Shown piece by piece: positions 42,056 to 51,387 of a DNA stretch of 64,000 nt. The translations under genes were made by a program, and so were the position numbers. The notes below the pieces were generated by a model, which ran no database searches, had not been told where the DNA came from, and worked only from the letters and a program-made list of their open reading frames with translations. Origin of the DNA: Candidatus Altimarinota bacterium. GTDB taxonomy: Bacteria; Patescibacteriota; Gracilibacteria; CAIRYL01. Every line of letters starts with the position of its first letter. Position 1 is the stretch's first letter. The stretch lies in contig OZ252287.1 in NCBI GenBank assembly GCA_965250085.1, positions 288,001-352,000 on the forward strand, in the 5' to 3' direction.

Positions 42056-43350
42056 GATTTTCCGAGATAAAGACCTTCAAAATATGGAATAAGCTGATTT
42101 CTTGGAATTTGCTTCTCTGTGCCATTCTTCATCATTTTCACCTTTACTTGGTTCTGTGTAATTTCCTCTTGTCCACAAAAAACAACAAAAGGAATTCCTT
42201 TCTTGTTGGCGTATTTCATCTGTTTTCCGAGTTTTACTGGATCAAAATAGATTTCAGCAGGAATTTGAGCTTCTCTAAGTTCCTCCACCACTTTTAATGA
42301 ACTCTGAAGAGTGGAGTTATCAAAATAAGTCACCAGAACTTGAGTACTCAGACCAATATCTTGAAGTATTCCTTTCTCCTCTAGAGCCATGACAATACGG
42401 TAAAAGCCAAAGGCAATGCCTACGCCAGATATTTTCTTTTGAGCAAATCTACTGCAGAGATCGTCATATCTTCCTCCGCCACAAATAGACCCTATATCTA
42501 CATCTGGCAGAATAATTTCATAAATTATCCCTGTATAATAATCGAGCCCTCTTGCAAGACCGAGATTAAATTGTAGATTTTTTTCGGGAATTTGGAGTCC
42601 ATTGCAAAGATCAAAGAACTCTTTTACTTCATCTACTTTATATTTTTGAGCAGCTTTGATTTTTTCCGCATTAGACCCCTTCGTAAGAACAATCTCCAGA
42701 AGCTCTTCTGCTCTTTTTGAATCAACTATTTTTGCGAGTTCAACTGCTACAGTCTCCCGAGGAATCTTATCAAGTTTGTCGAGAACTCGAATGACAGGTA
42801 TTTGATTTTTTGATGGTATTTCGAGTTTTTCAAGAATGGCATTAATGAGTCGACGGCTGTTGACCTTGATAATAAAATTATCAAATCCAAGTTCTTCGCA
42901 AACACTCCAAATAAGTTTTGCTATTTCTGCATCTGCAACAAGGCTTTCGGTGCCAATAACATCCGCATCGCATTGATAAAATTCTCGATAACGACCTTTG
43001 GCAGGTCTATCAGCACGCCAAACACGACTGATTTGGTATCGCTTAAAAGGCATTGGGAGCTCTTGATAGTTTTTAGCAACCACTCGAGCAGTGGGAACAG
43101 TTTGGTCATACCGAAGGGCAATTTTACGACCTCCATTATCTTCAAACTTATACATAAGCTTGTTGCCTTCGTCACCATATGAACCAGTCAGAGTTTTAAG
43201 ATACTCAATGGCTGGAGTTTCAATGGTGTCATATCCAAAGCGAATAAAGATTTTTTTGATAATCTCCATGACATACTGGCGTTTTGCCATATCTTCAGGA
43301 AGGAAATCACGAGTGCCACGAAGGATCTCTGGTGTAATAATGTCGGTCAT
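42052..43350 (-). CDS. hisS: Histidine--tRNA ligase
   Basis: RGTRDF, LRYDQT, WRADRP.KGRYREFYQCD, LARGLDYYTG, GGGRYD and C-terminal anticodon-binding domain (KQMKYA). Confidence 0.9.
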   Translation of the reverse strand: MTDIITPEILRGTRDFLPEDMAKRQYVMEIIKKIFIRFGYDTIETPAIEYLKTLTGSYGDEGNKLMYKFEDNGGRKIALRYDQTVPTARVVAKNYQELPMPFKRYQISRVWRADRPAKGRYREFYQCDADVIGTESLVADAEIAKLIWSVCEELGFDNFIIKVNSRRLINAILEKLEIPSKNQIPVIRVLDKLDKIPRETVAVELAKIVDSKRAEELLEIVLTKGSNAEKIKAAQKYKVDEVKEFFDLCNGLQIPEKNLQFNLGLARGLDYYTGIIYEIILPDVDIGSICGGGRYDDLCSRFAQKKISGVGIAFGFYRIVMALEEKGILQDIGLSTQVLVTYFDNSTLQSSLKVVEELREAQIPAEIYFDPVKLGKQMKYANKKGIPFVVFCGQEEITQNQVKVKMMKNGTEKQIPRNQLIPYFEGLYLGKS

Positions 43351-43376
43351 ATAAAAATGTTTGAAAAAATAAAATA

Positions 43377-43406
43377 CAAAAAAATCCCGAAGGGAATCGC
43401 GGGATT
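43377..43406 (-). terminator. Intrinsic terminator-like hairpin between the yerC-like gene and hisS
   Basis: Minus strand reads aatcccg-cgattccctt-cgggatt followed by a T run. Confidence 0.55.
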
Positions 43407-43444
43407 GAGGGATTGAGGGAAGATAGAAACGATGCTGAGGAAAT

Positions 43445-43732
43445 TTATTTTCTTGTTTTCTCAAGCACACGCTTATATCCACCCTCTCCATGATGCAACC
43501 AATGGGCTACTCTGGATACAGTGGTTGTAGAGAGTCCAGTTGTTTCAGCAATACTACGATAAGGCATCTTTTTCTGAAGCATTCGTGCAGCCTGCCATCT
43601 TTTAGACATTATGGTTATTTCATCTATGGTAGCCACATCCCTCATAAACGCAGCTGCTTCAGAAGCATTTTTCAGTTTTGAAATAACCTGAAACAAATCT
43701 TTCATCGCCGATGTTTGCCAGTCACCTTTCAT
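43445..43732 (-). CDS. YerC/YecD (TrpR-like) regulator, probable his-operon repressor
   Basis: F..D..T..E...M..RW.AA.ML...PYR.IA..TG.STTTVSRV...L..G.GGY pattern; first gene of the his cluster. Confidence 0.88.
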   Translation of the reverse strand: MKGDWQTSAMKDLFQVISKLKNASEAAAFMRDVATIDEITIMSKRWQAARMLQKKMPYRSIAETTGLSTTTVSRVAHWLHHGEGGYKRVLEKTRK

Positions 43733-43764
43733 AAAAAGTAAAAAATATTCTCAGTGTCACGTAT

Positions 43765-43805
43765 TAATGTGTTAACACATTAGCAAAAATATAAAAATGC
43801 GTCAA
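43765..43805 (-). promoter_or_regulatory. his-operon promoter with an overlapping 18-bp palindromic operator
   Basis: TTGACG (43800-05)-17 bp-TAATGT (43777-82) with extended TG; perfect palindrome TAATGTGTTAACACATTA at 43765-43782. Confidence 0.7.
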
Positions 43806-43859
43806 GAGAAAATCACGAATGAGAAGTGAGGAGTTAAAAATTCGTAATTTGTAATTGAT

Positions 43860-45062
43860 TTATTCGTAATTGAGTATGTGCCCCATTTTTTCCTTCTTTG
43901 TTTTTAAGTACTTTTTATTTCCTTCGTGTGCAGGAATTTCAATAGGAATCCTTTTTACAATTTCTAATCCGTGTCCTGAAATTCCAGAGATTTTCTTAGG
44001 ATTGTTGGTGAGGAGCTTGATTCTTTGAATACCCAAATAATTGAGTATCTGAGCTCCTATTCCATAGTCCCTGAGATCTCCCTTAAATCCTAGTTCTTTA
44101 TTTGCTTCTACGGTATCGAGTCCTTTTTCCTGTTGGAGTGCATATGCTTTTATTTTGTTCCCCAAACCAATCCCTCTCCCCTCCTCTCGCATGTACAGAA
44201 TGATTCCACTGCCTTCTTCTTCAATCATTTTCATGGCAGTTTGAAGTTGGGATCCACAATCACAGTGACGAGAGGCAAATACATCTCCTGTAATACATTC
44301 TGAATGAGCCCTAAGCAACATCGGATCTTTTGAAGAAATTTCACCTTTGACTAGAACAACATGCTCCTTATGAGCAATGAGGTCTTCAAATACATGAATT
44401 CGAAACATTCCATACTCTGTCTGAAGATCAGTTTCTGAAACATGAATAACCATTTTTTCTGTCTTTTTGCGATATGCAATAAGATCTGCAATGGTGAGAA
44501 TATTCAAACTGTGTTTTTGAGCTATCTTTTTGAGATCTGGCATTCTTGCCATGGTTCCGTCTGCATTCATGATCTCACACACTACTCCTACTTCTTTCAT
44601 CTCTGCGAGCCGGCAAAGGTCTGTAGCGGCTTCTGTATGTCCAGCGCGAACAAGGACTCCTCCTTCTTTGGCAACTAATGGAAATACATGCCCCGGACGT
44701 ACAAAGTCCTGTGGAGTGCTGTATTCGCTGCAAATTTCCTGCACTGTGCGCGCTCTCTCTGCTGCAGAAATACCAGTGGTCATGCCTTTACGAAAATCAA
44801 TAGAAACCGTGAAATTACACAAGTTGGAATCTGCATCTGGCACCATGGGATGAAATCCAAGCTTATCCGCAATATTTTTGATCACTGGTGCACAAATAAG
44901 CCCTTTTCCATGCGTTGCCATAAAATTAATTCCATCAGCTGTAATTTTTTCACCTGCAAGGAAAAAATCTCCCTCATTCTCACGATCTTCATCATCGACA
45001 AGGATAACAGGTTTCCCTTTTTTAATATCTGTAAGAGCAGCAGTGACTCGAGCGAAAGGCAT
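43860..45062 (-). CDS. ribBA: Bifunctional DHBP synthase / GTP cyclohydrolase II
   Basis: [51 protein letters not shown] and LTNNP. Confidence 0.98.
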   Translation of the reverse strand: MPFARVTAALTDIKKGKPVILVDDEDRENEGDFFLAGEKITADGINFMATHGKGLICAPVIKNIADKLGFHPMVPDADSNLCNFTVSIDFRKGMTTGISAAERARTVQEICSEYSTPQDFVRPGHVFPLVAKEGGVLVRAGHTEAATDLCRLAEMKEVGVVCEIMNADGTMARMPDLKKIAQKHSLNILTIADLIAYRKKTEKMVIHVSETDLQTEYGMFRIHVFEDLIAHKEHVVLVKGEISSKDPMLLRAHSECITGDVFASRHCDCGSQLQTAMKMIEEEGSGIILYMREEGRGIGLGNKIKAYALQQEKGLDTVEANKELGFKGDLRDYGIGAQILNYLGIQRIKLLTNNPKKISGISGHGLEIVKRIPIEIPAHEGNKKYLKTKKEKMGHILNYE

Positions 45063-45077
45063 TTTGAAAATAAAATA

Positions 45078-45347
45078 CTAATGTTTTTTCCATCTCTCTA
45101 GCTTTGGAATACTGCGAGTGAATATCCAAGCTACAAATTTTGGCATATTGCTTTTGTTCATCATTTCCATACAGAATTTTTGCATTTTTTGAGGTGTATT
45201 AATTTCAGGATTCAAAAATTCGCCATTTTTATAGCAATAGGAACAGTATTTTTTGCTTCTTTCGCCTTCTTTCTCAGTTCCTCCATTTTCTGGATCTTTT
45301 TTGAATGGCATACCGCAACTTTGGCAAAATTTATATTTTTGAGACAT
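45078..45347 (-). CDS. Zinc-ribbon domain protein
   Basis: [16 protein letters not shown] and IPKLERW (Zn_ribbon_2-like). Confidence 0.85.
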   Translation of the reverse strand: MSQKYKFCQSCGMPFKKDPENGGTEKEGERSKKYCSYCYKNGEFLNPEINTPQKMQKFCMEMMNKSNMPKFVAWIFTRSIPKLERWKKH

Positions 45348-45538
45348 GATTTGAGAAAAAGAATTATGGTGGACCTTGTAACGTCGCAGATAAACCCGGT
45401 AGCCGAGGAGTTGCGGCGATGGGAAATCGTGCTGCGAGGAGAGAAACCGGCCGCCTGAATCTGGTTTGTAGACCGGCAGCGGGAAGACCGAGGACGTTCT
45501 CCAGACTACGCTTGAGTACCATGGAAGTCCATGGAGAA

Positions 45539-45811
45539 TGGTTACTCAGTGGTTACTTCACTCTTTCCTATCTTTTGGAGATATTTTATAAGATCTTGAT
45601 TCTAAAGAAGAAAAATGGAGCCGACGAGCGGATTTGAACCGCTGACCTATTGATTACGAATCAGGTATTTCCCTATTCTTCTTTCTTCGATCTGATACGA
45701 TGCGGTGCGATAACTCTTCATAAAACAGGGTGTTACCGGTCGTTAGTGAAATCACATGCTACGATGGAAAACGCTGTGAGATCATTCCTCGTGGTTACTC
45801 AGCGGTTACTT
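45539..45811. other. attP-like site for the tyrosine integrase: tRNA-Thr(CGU) 3'-half core flanked by arm-type repeats
   Basis: 45616-45664 is the reverse complement of ctgattCGTaatcaataggtcagcggttcaaatccgctcgtcggctcca. TGGTTACTCAG(T/C)GGTTACTT occurs at 45539-58 and 45792-811. Confidence 0.78.
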
Positions 45812-45854
45812 TTTGCCAGAACTCGGATCAAAGCGTGGAGAAGAGAGGAAGGAA

Positions 45855-47036
45855 ATGAAGCTGACAAAGCGAGCCATTGATGCGGCGAAGTTTTCTTCCG
45901 CGTCTTCGTCTTCCTCGAACAACAACACACCGGATTACCGATGGGATGACGCTATGCCCGGTTTTGGTGTGAGGATTTATCGAAGCGGGAAGAAATCGTT
46001 TGTGGTGTCGTACCGGGTTCAGGGTCGCAAACGGATCATGGTGCTCGGCAAATACGGAGTTCTCACGCTGGACGAAGCCCGCAAAAAAGCCCGCAAGGTT
46101 CTGGGGAAAGTAACGGACGGAAGAGATCCGAGTCGTGAGCGAATGGATTTGCTGAAGTCTCCAACAATGTCGGATTTGGCGAAGCGGTATCTGTCCGATC
46201 ATGCGCCGAAGAAAAAAGCGAGTAGTGCGAAAACAGATGAGCGAATGTGGGAACTACATATATTGCCGCGTCTCGGAAGCCGGAAAGTGTCTGCCATTAC
46301 GCGAGAAGATATTGATCGTCTGCATACAGGCATGAAGGACACGCCCTACGCGGCCAACAGAACACTTGCCCTTCTCTCAAAATCTCTTCACTTGGCAGAG
46401 GTTTGGGGTTGGCGTCAGGACAGTACAAATCCGTGCCGGCATATCCAGAAATATACGGAAGAAAAGCGGGAACGATTTCTGAGCGTGGAGGAACTCAAAC
46501 GATTGGGTGCCGTGCTGGATGAAGTGGAACGGGAAGCCACCGAGCTTCCTGGTGTTGTCCCCGCTCTGCGTCTCCTCCTTCTCACCGGCTGTCGTCTCAA
46601 TGAGATTCTGCGTCTTCGTTGGGAAGATATCGATGAGGTCAATCGGTGTTTCTATTTACCGGACAGTAAAACAGGGAAACGAATAGTCGTGGTCAGTGAA
46701 GGAGTTTTCTCAGTTCTGGAGAAGATGGAATGTGTTAAAGGAAACCCGTATGTGATTGCGGGAGCCAGAGAAGGTCAGCATCTGGTGAATCTCTCGAAGC
46801 CCTGGGGGCGTATCCGGAAGAGAGCGAATCTCGCAGATGTCCGGCTGCATGATTTGCGGCATACCTATGCCAGCTTCGGAGCTGGTGCTGGATTATCACT
46901 TCCACTTATTGGAAAAATGCTGGGGCATACACAAGCATCAACCACGGCTCGATATGCACACTTGGCGAATGATCCGGTACGACGGGCGGTCGACCTGGTG
47001 GGTGATGAACTGCTCAGTGCCCTTCATCAGAAATGA
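45855..47036 (+). CDS. Tyrosine recombinase/integrase with N-terminal arm-binding domain
   Basis: WD..PGFGVRI..SGKKSF arm domain; catalytic LLTGCR, SKTG, LHDLRH, LGH and TARY; SD present. Confidence 0.95.
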   Translation: MKLTKRAIDAAKFSSASSSSSNNNTPDYRWDDAMPGFGVRIYRSGKKSFVVSYRVQGRKRIMVLGKYGVLTLDEARKKARKVLGKVTDGRDPSRERMDLLKSPTMSDLAKRYLSDHAPKKKASSAKTDERMWELHILPRLGSRKVSAITREDIDRLHTGMKDTPYAANRTLALLSKSLHLAEVWGWRQDSTNPCRHIQKYTEEKRERFLSVEELKRLGAVLDEVEREATELPGVVPALRLLLLTGCRLNEILRLRWEDIDEVNRCFYLPDSKTGKRIVVVSEGVFSVLEKMECVKGNPYVIAGAREGQHLVNLSKPWGRIRKRANLADVRLHDLRHTYASFGAGAGLSLPLIGKMLGHTQASTTARYAHLANDPVRRAVDLVGDELLSALHQK

Positions 47037-47529
47037 GCACGAAGAAGGAGGATATCGGGATAGAGGACAGGAAGGATCGATCGATAGGGTGCGAAACTAA
47101 TACTCCGCTCACCCACTGGCACAACCTGCCATTGTGCAAGGAGTTTCCGTCCTCCCGATCTTTGCAGTCGGGAGAACTCCAACTTTGCACGAATGCTTTG
47201 TTGTGCTCAGCGAGTCAAGTGACAGAACAAGAAATTCCTCCAACCTCCCCGCCACCAACCATCAGCCTCGGCTGACAGGTCTTCCACGGCTGACAGCTCT
47301 TCAACGACTCTTCCTACCGTTTCTTTTTTCTGTCATCTGTATGAAGTCTGTCTCTGGTGCACATTCAGAAGATACTGAAGAAGCCCTGGAAGTACTTGGA
47401 AGTTCTTTGTTTCCAGGAGTATGAGGATTCCTTGCGTACCCGTTGACTCTACCCGCTTCCTCTGCCCGAATGACGGGTACGGCAAACGGATACTGAATCC
47501 GGGTACGGCTTGCCGTGTGTCTTGGGACC

Positions 47530-48789
47530 CTACGGATTTTTGTCGAGCAGGCGTTCCAGTTCGTCGGCGAGATCCTGGTCAATCACAAGGTGGGTCACGC
47601 AGCATTTCTTCACAGCCGTAAGAGCAACCTTCGCTTTGAGCTTGCCATTGGCAACGGCAACGACTCCCATCCGTTCATTTAGTGCGATGCTCCTAAAACA
47701 ACGGTAGCGGATTCCCAAGCAGGCCGTGTTAAATGGCTTAATCCATTCATCGAACTCGCTGTCGGATATGGATGGATGGGAAAGGATCACGCCACCGATG
47801 TCCCCCGCAATGTACCGAGAGAGATCTCGCTGTTGCCGGCGTGTTAATCGTGCTCGCAACGTTGGCGTGGGATTATCACCAAGAGCCCCCATGCCACAAA
47901 TCAAACCCTCGGCTTGATGAATCAGAGCGTCGGGATCGTTCTTGTCTGATCCAAAGACGCGTCGATAACCAAAGCCTTCTTGGTAGAACTTCCGCAAGAG
48001 ATCCATAACTTCGAGGCGATCGAGGCGAAGGGGCTTATTACCCCCCTCTATAGCTCTGTCCATGTCCTCTGTGAAGTCCAGGAAAGCGGGTACAGCCGCA
48101 AGACTGGGCGGAGAGTCACTCCCCCAGATGAGAGCAAGGCGCTTAGCAATAACCGAGGCGCTTTGACCGATATCTCTTGGGCGACCACGGAAAATGACTT
48201 CTCCAGCCGCCGGAAAGACAATCGGCGGATTTGAAGGTTTCCGATCTGTCAGCTGCGCGAGGCGTGCAGCGAGGTATTGTGGTGTCTCGCCCCAAGTGAC
48301 TCCGACGACCTGAGGCTGGTTTCTCATCAGCCAAGCGACTACTTCAGCCGCTTTGAATGCCGTATCCTTCTTCCCCCCTCCATCCACAGGAGCAATATGA
48401 ACGGCTCGAAGAGAACCTGGACGTCTTGATTTGGGCTCCTGCAATTCCTTCAGCTTGTCGACCAAAGAGATCTCACGCTCTCGATGGCGCAGGACTCCAT
48501 CGCAGATCTCTCTGAGCTTCTCTTCGTGTTTTTCTGAAAACTCTCCTGTCCAGCGCTTCTGGAGACCAAACCGATCCACCAGCTTGGAGACCATGCGAGA
48601 CACGGTGGCTTGGCTGACCCCTCTTGGATCATCGCCGGTCTGACCAGCAGCTTCCAGTCGCCTTGCCAACTCTGCCTGCGAAAGATCATCAAACAGAAGA
48701 AGCGCCAATAGCTGCAGCTCCTTTTCACTGAGTTCCGGGAACAACTCTTCGACCGGCTCTTGGTCTGTGTCTGTGTGCTCATCACTCAT
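47530..48789 (-). CDS. SorC/DeoR-like transcriptional regulator (HTH plus sugar-binding domain)
   Basis: LSQAELA..VSQATVSRM HTH; VGVTWGET, GDIGG, VAVANG..KA and THLVIDQDLA. Confidence 0.75.
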   Translation of the reverse strand: MSDEHTDTDQEPVEELFPELSEKELQLLALLLFDDLSQAELARRLEAAGQTGDDPRGVSQATVSRMVSKLVDRFGLQKRWTGEFSEKHEEKLREICDGVLRHREREISLVDKLKELQEPKSRRPGSLRAVHIAPVDGGGKKDTAFKAAEVVAWLMRNQPQVVGVTWGETPQYLAARLAQLTDRKPSNPPIVFPAAGEVIFRGRPRDIGQSASVIAKRLALIWGSDSPPSLAAVPAFLDFTEDMDRAIEGGNKPLRLDRLEVMDLLRKFYQEGFGYRRVFGSDKNDPDALIHQAEGLICGMGALGDNPTPTLRARLTRRQQRDLSRYIAGDIGGVILSHPSISDSEFDEWIKPFNTACLGIRYRCFRSIALNERMGVVAVANGKLKAKVALTAVKKCCVTHLVIDQDLADELERLLDKNP

Positions 48790-48936
48790 ATGGCGGAGTT
48801 TATCCTACCGCCATGATGCAAATCTGTTTCGCCATTGAATTGACAATTCATCGCATTGTATCCTACGATGCCATCTACGGAGATAACCGATGCCGCAAAG
48901 CAACCAATTCCAGACCTGTTTTCTTGGAGAAACAAC

Positions 48937-49806
48937 ATGACAAAACTCGCAATTGTCGCCAGCGGACTCATCCTCACCCTGTTCTCAGGAGTGCTGAGCG
49001 CAAAGCCGGCCATGGAATGTGAGCCGAGGAAGTTGGAACTAGAGCCGGTTCTCGGCCACGAGATGACCGAGACGATTACATGCACGGCCACACGAGATCT
49101 TGGTCGTACTCATCCGTGGGTCAGCTCGGAGGGTCAGTCCTACATCACCCATATCGAGCCCAATAGCCCGATCGAGGTATTGAAGGGTGACGAGATCATC
49201 TACGAGATCTCGTTCTTCGTCCCTGAAGATGACATACATGCCACTGTCGATCTGACTTTCCATGTTCGTGAGTATCGCCCTGGAAGGAAAGGAAGGACGT
49301 ACTCGGGACCGGTGCCGGCCAAGTTGAATTTGGTTGAAAAGAACTGGATTCCGTTAGAAGGAGATAGGTTCAGTTTTTTTTATCCTCCGGTCTTAGATTT
49401 CGACTTTCCTCTCGTGATTACCGAAGGTAGCCATGTCAATCAAACAAAGGTGAATATATCCGATGCGGTCGATAGCGTATCGCCTTATTTTTTCGTGTTG
49501 TCAATGCACTCAACGGAAGCTGAGACGATTATCGAGATTAATCCGAAATTAGATTTCCTCGCCAGACACCACGGAACAGAGGTACTCGCGAATGGGAATG
49601 AACTCCTGACCGTTGACCCCGCCAATCATGTGAGTGACGAGCGTTTCGGACCCTACCCTTCAACGTTTATTTTGGATAGAAGCAGAGAAATCGCCTTTAC
49701 GGTAAACCTGTCTCAAGACCCCAACCCAGATCTATACGATGAGTTTGGAGATCACGAATTACATCGGATTCTGGTCGAAATCTCGAGAACCTTAGTAGCG
49801 GAATAA
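48937..49806 (+). CDS. Secreted hypothetical protein
   Basis: GGAG SD; signal peptide MTKLAIVASGLILTLFSGVLSA; beta-rich N-terminal domain. Confidence 0.7.
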   Translation: MTKLAIVASGLILTLFSGVLSAKPAMECEPRKLELEPVLGHEMTETITCTATRDLGRTHPWVSSEGQSYITHIEPNSPIEVLKGDEIIYEISFFVPEDDIHATVDLTFHVREYRPGRKGRTYSGPVPAKLNLVEKNWIPLEGDRFSFFYPPVLDFDFPLVITEGSHVNQTKVNISDAVDSVSPYFFVLSMHSTEAETIIEINPKLDFLARHHGTEVLANGNELLTVDPANHVSDERFGPYPSTFILDRSREIAFTVNLSQDPNPDLYDEFGDHELHRILVEISRTLVAE

Positions 49807-49818
49807 GAGGAGAAGCAA

Positions 49819-50502
49819 ATGAACGGAAATCGTCAGGCAATAATCGTCATGATTCTTTCAACCGTTCCGGTCTTAGCCAGCGGTGAAACACCTGAGTGCC
49901 ATGAAGAAATGGCTCGCCTCGATGGTGTGGCTGCCTATTCCAACGAAGTCATACCTTCGCCGGTGTCGTGTGGCGGTCGAGGGACGTATGGCAACCAATA
50001 TCAATGCGTGGAATTCATCGACCGTTACTACGCCGAGGCTCTTGGAGTTTCTGGTACCGAAGGCTGGATTGCTAATGGTGGCGACTATTTTGGAAAGGCA
50101 AGCGAATTTGGCCTTGAAGCATACAAGAATGGAGATGCTGGAACGCCTCCCAGAAAGGGTGACATCTTAGATTTTGGCCGGCCAGGGACGGAAATCGGTC
50201 ACGCTGCAATTGTGAGCGGTTTTGACCGGGACTCAATGCTTGTCCACATTATTGAGCAGAACTGGTCGTTTGATGGTGTCGCTAGACTTAGCATTGAGCA
50301 AAAAGCCGATGGGAAGTGGTACATGCCACCGAGGGGGAATAGCACTCCTTATGAGATTCTTGGGTGGCTCCGGCTCCCAGGCTCGACACCACCACCCGCC
50401 GACTGCACGCCAGCTTTACGGAGGGCGAAGCAATGCGTGGCAGCTGTAGAGGAGCGTCTGGCACTCCCCGAATTTGGTGTCAGGTCTTCTGAGGAAGCAT
50501 GA
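49819..50502 (+). CDS. CHAP-domain peptidoglycan amidase/endopeptidase
   Basis: Signal peptide; YQCVEFIDRY (catalytic Cys), GHAAIV (His), IEQNW and LGWLR. Confidence 0.88.
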   Translation: MNGNRQAIIVMILSTVPVLASGETPECHEEMARLDGVAAYSNEVIPSPVSCGGRGTYGNQYQCVEFIDRYYAEALGVSGTEGWIANGGDYFGKASEFGLEAYKNGDAGTPPRKGDILDFGRPGTEIGHAAIVSGFDRDSMLVHIIEQNWSFDGVARLSIEQKADGKWYMPPRGNSTPYEILGWLRLPGSTPPPADCTPALRRAKQCVAAVEERLALPEFGVRSSEEA

Positions 50503-51008
50503 TGCCTGAATATCCATCCAGAATTTTGATAGAGCAGTCGATTCGATGCTGGGAAGCTCAAACAGAAATATCGGGAAAGCTTTCTTCTGAGTTAAGATCT
50601 CTTTGGATCGCTTCACTATCCGCGATCGCCGTTTGCGGAAATTTTCTCTCTTCTAGAGATCCTCTAAATTCAGAATGGCAGATAGGGAGACTATTGGTTG
50701 TTGGCGGGCTTTGTCTATTTGGGGTATGCCTCTTGACGTTGTCTTTTTGGAGACAAGGTAGCCGCGACTCCAACAAGGACGAACTACCGTTCTATAATCG
50801 CCAAGAAATAATGCTTCAGGATCAAGTGTGGAATGAGCTTGCACCCTTGGAGCAAATGGCGGTCCTTAAACAGTACACTATAGCCTTGAAATTGGCAGAC
50901 GAAAATTGTTGGGTCGAAAGCGTAGTTCGACGAAGAGCGCGAGCTTTCTTTTCGGGAGGCATTTTCCTAGTCCTTATAAGTGTTGTTGGCGGGTTTCTCT
51001 ACGCGTAA
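50499..51008 (+). CDS. Hypothetical membrane protein (about 3 TM)
   Basis: ATGA overlap with the CHAP gene; three hydrophobic segments. Confidence 0.6.
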   Translation: MMPEYPSRILIEQSIRCWEAQTEISGKLSSELRSLWIASLSAIAVCGNFLSSRDPLNSEWQIGRLLVVGGLCLFGVCLLTLSFWRQGSRDSNKDELPFYNRQEIMLQDQVWNELAPLEQMAVLKQYTIALKLADENCWVESVVRRRARAFFSGGIFLVLISVVGGFLYA

Positions 51009-51039
51009 AAGGGGGTATCAATGAACACAGGCGGAGTAG

Positions 51040-51387
51040 ATGGGTAGTTTGCATCAAATAAATGGTGGGGTTCGTGGAGGAGAGAGCCCTCAAGATGAAG
51101 TTGCCTTGACAACAAAGCTTATCATTGATAAGCTCTTTTCACATATTAAGCAACTTTTGGTCGAATACGAAAAACACAAACCGGCAGCGGAAGAGCTCAA
51201 AACGGAATCTCCGTCACAGGCACCGACTGTGCCCTTGGCCACGGGACACGAGACGATGATCAGGGAGGAAATTCAAGCAAGTATCAATAACCTGATCTTA
51301 CAGGAAGAAGCAGGCAGGCGCAGACATAGGCAAATCGAGGAGCGAAAGAGCAACAGTCTTTTTTTTAGACTTTGGTGCCGGATCTAA
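51040..51387 (+). CDS. Hypothetical protein
   Basis: 115-aa helical ORF with GGAG SD. Confidence 0.5.
   Translation: MGSLHQINGGVRGGESPQDEVALTTKLIIDKLFSHIKQLLVEYEKHKPAAEELKTESPSQAPTVPLATGHETMIREEIQASINNLILQEEAGRRRHRQIEERKSNSLFFRLWCRI

Noticed and set aside
42052-43350. Annotation as HisZ
   Set aside because: It retains the HisRS histidine-binding motifs and the C-terminal anticodon-binding domain that HisZ lacks.
43351-43444. Classical His leader peptide or T-box
   Set aside because: No separate His-rich mini-ORF or T-box consensus is seen; the gap is under 100 bp.
45180-45458. 92-aa plus-strand ORF as a real gene
   Set aside because: Most of it is antisense to the zinc-ribbon gene; only the part after the att core is meaningful, as the recombinase tail.
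45616-45664. Functional tRNA-Thr gene
   Set aside because: Only the anticodon arm to CCA is present; the 5' acceptor strand and D arm are missing, so it is treated as an att core.
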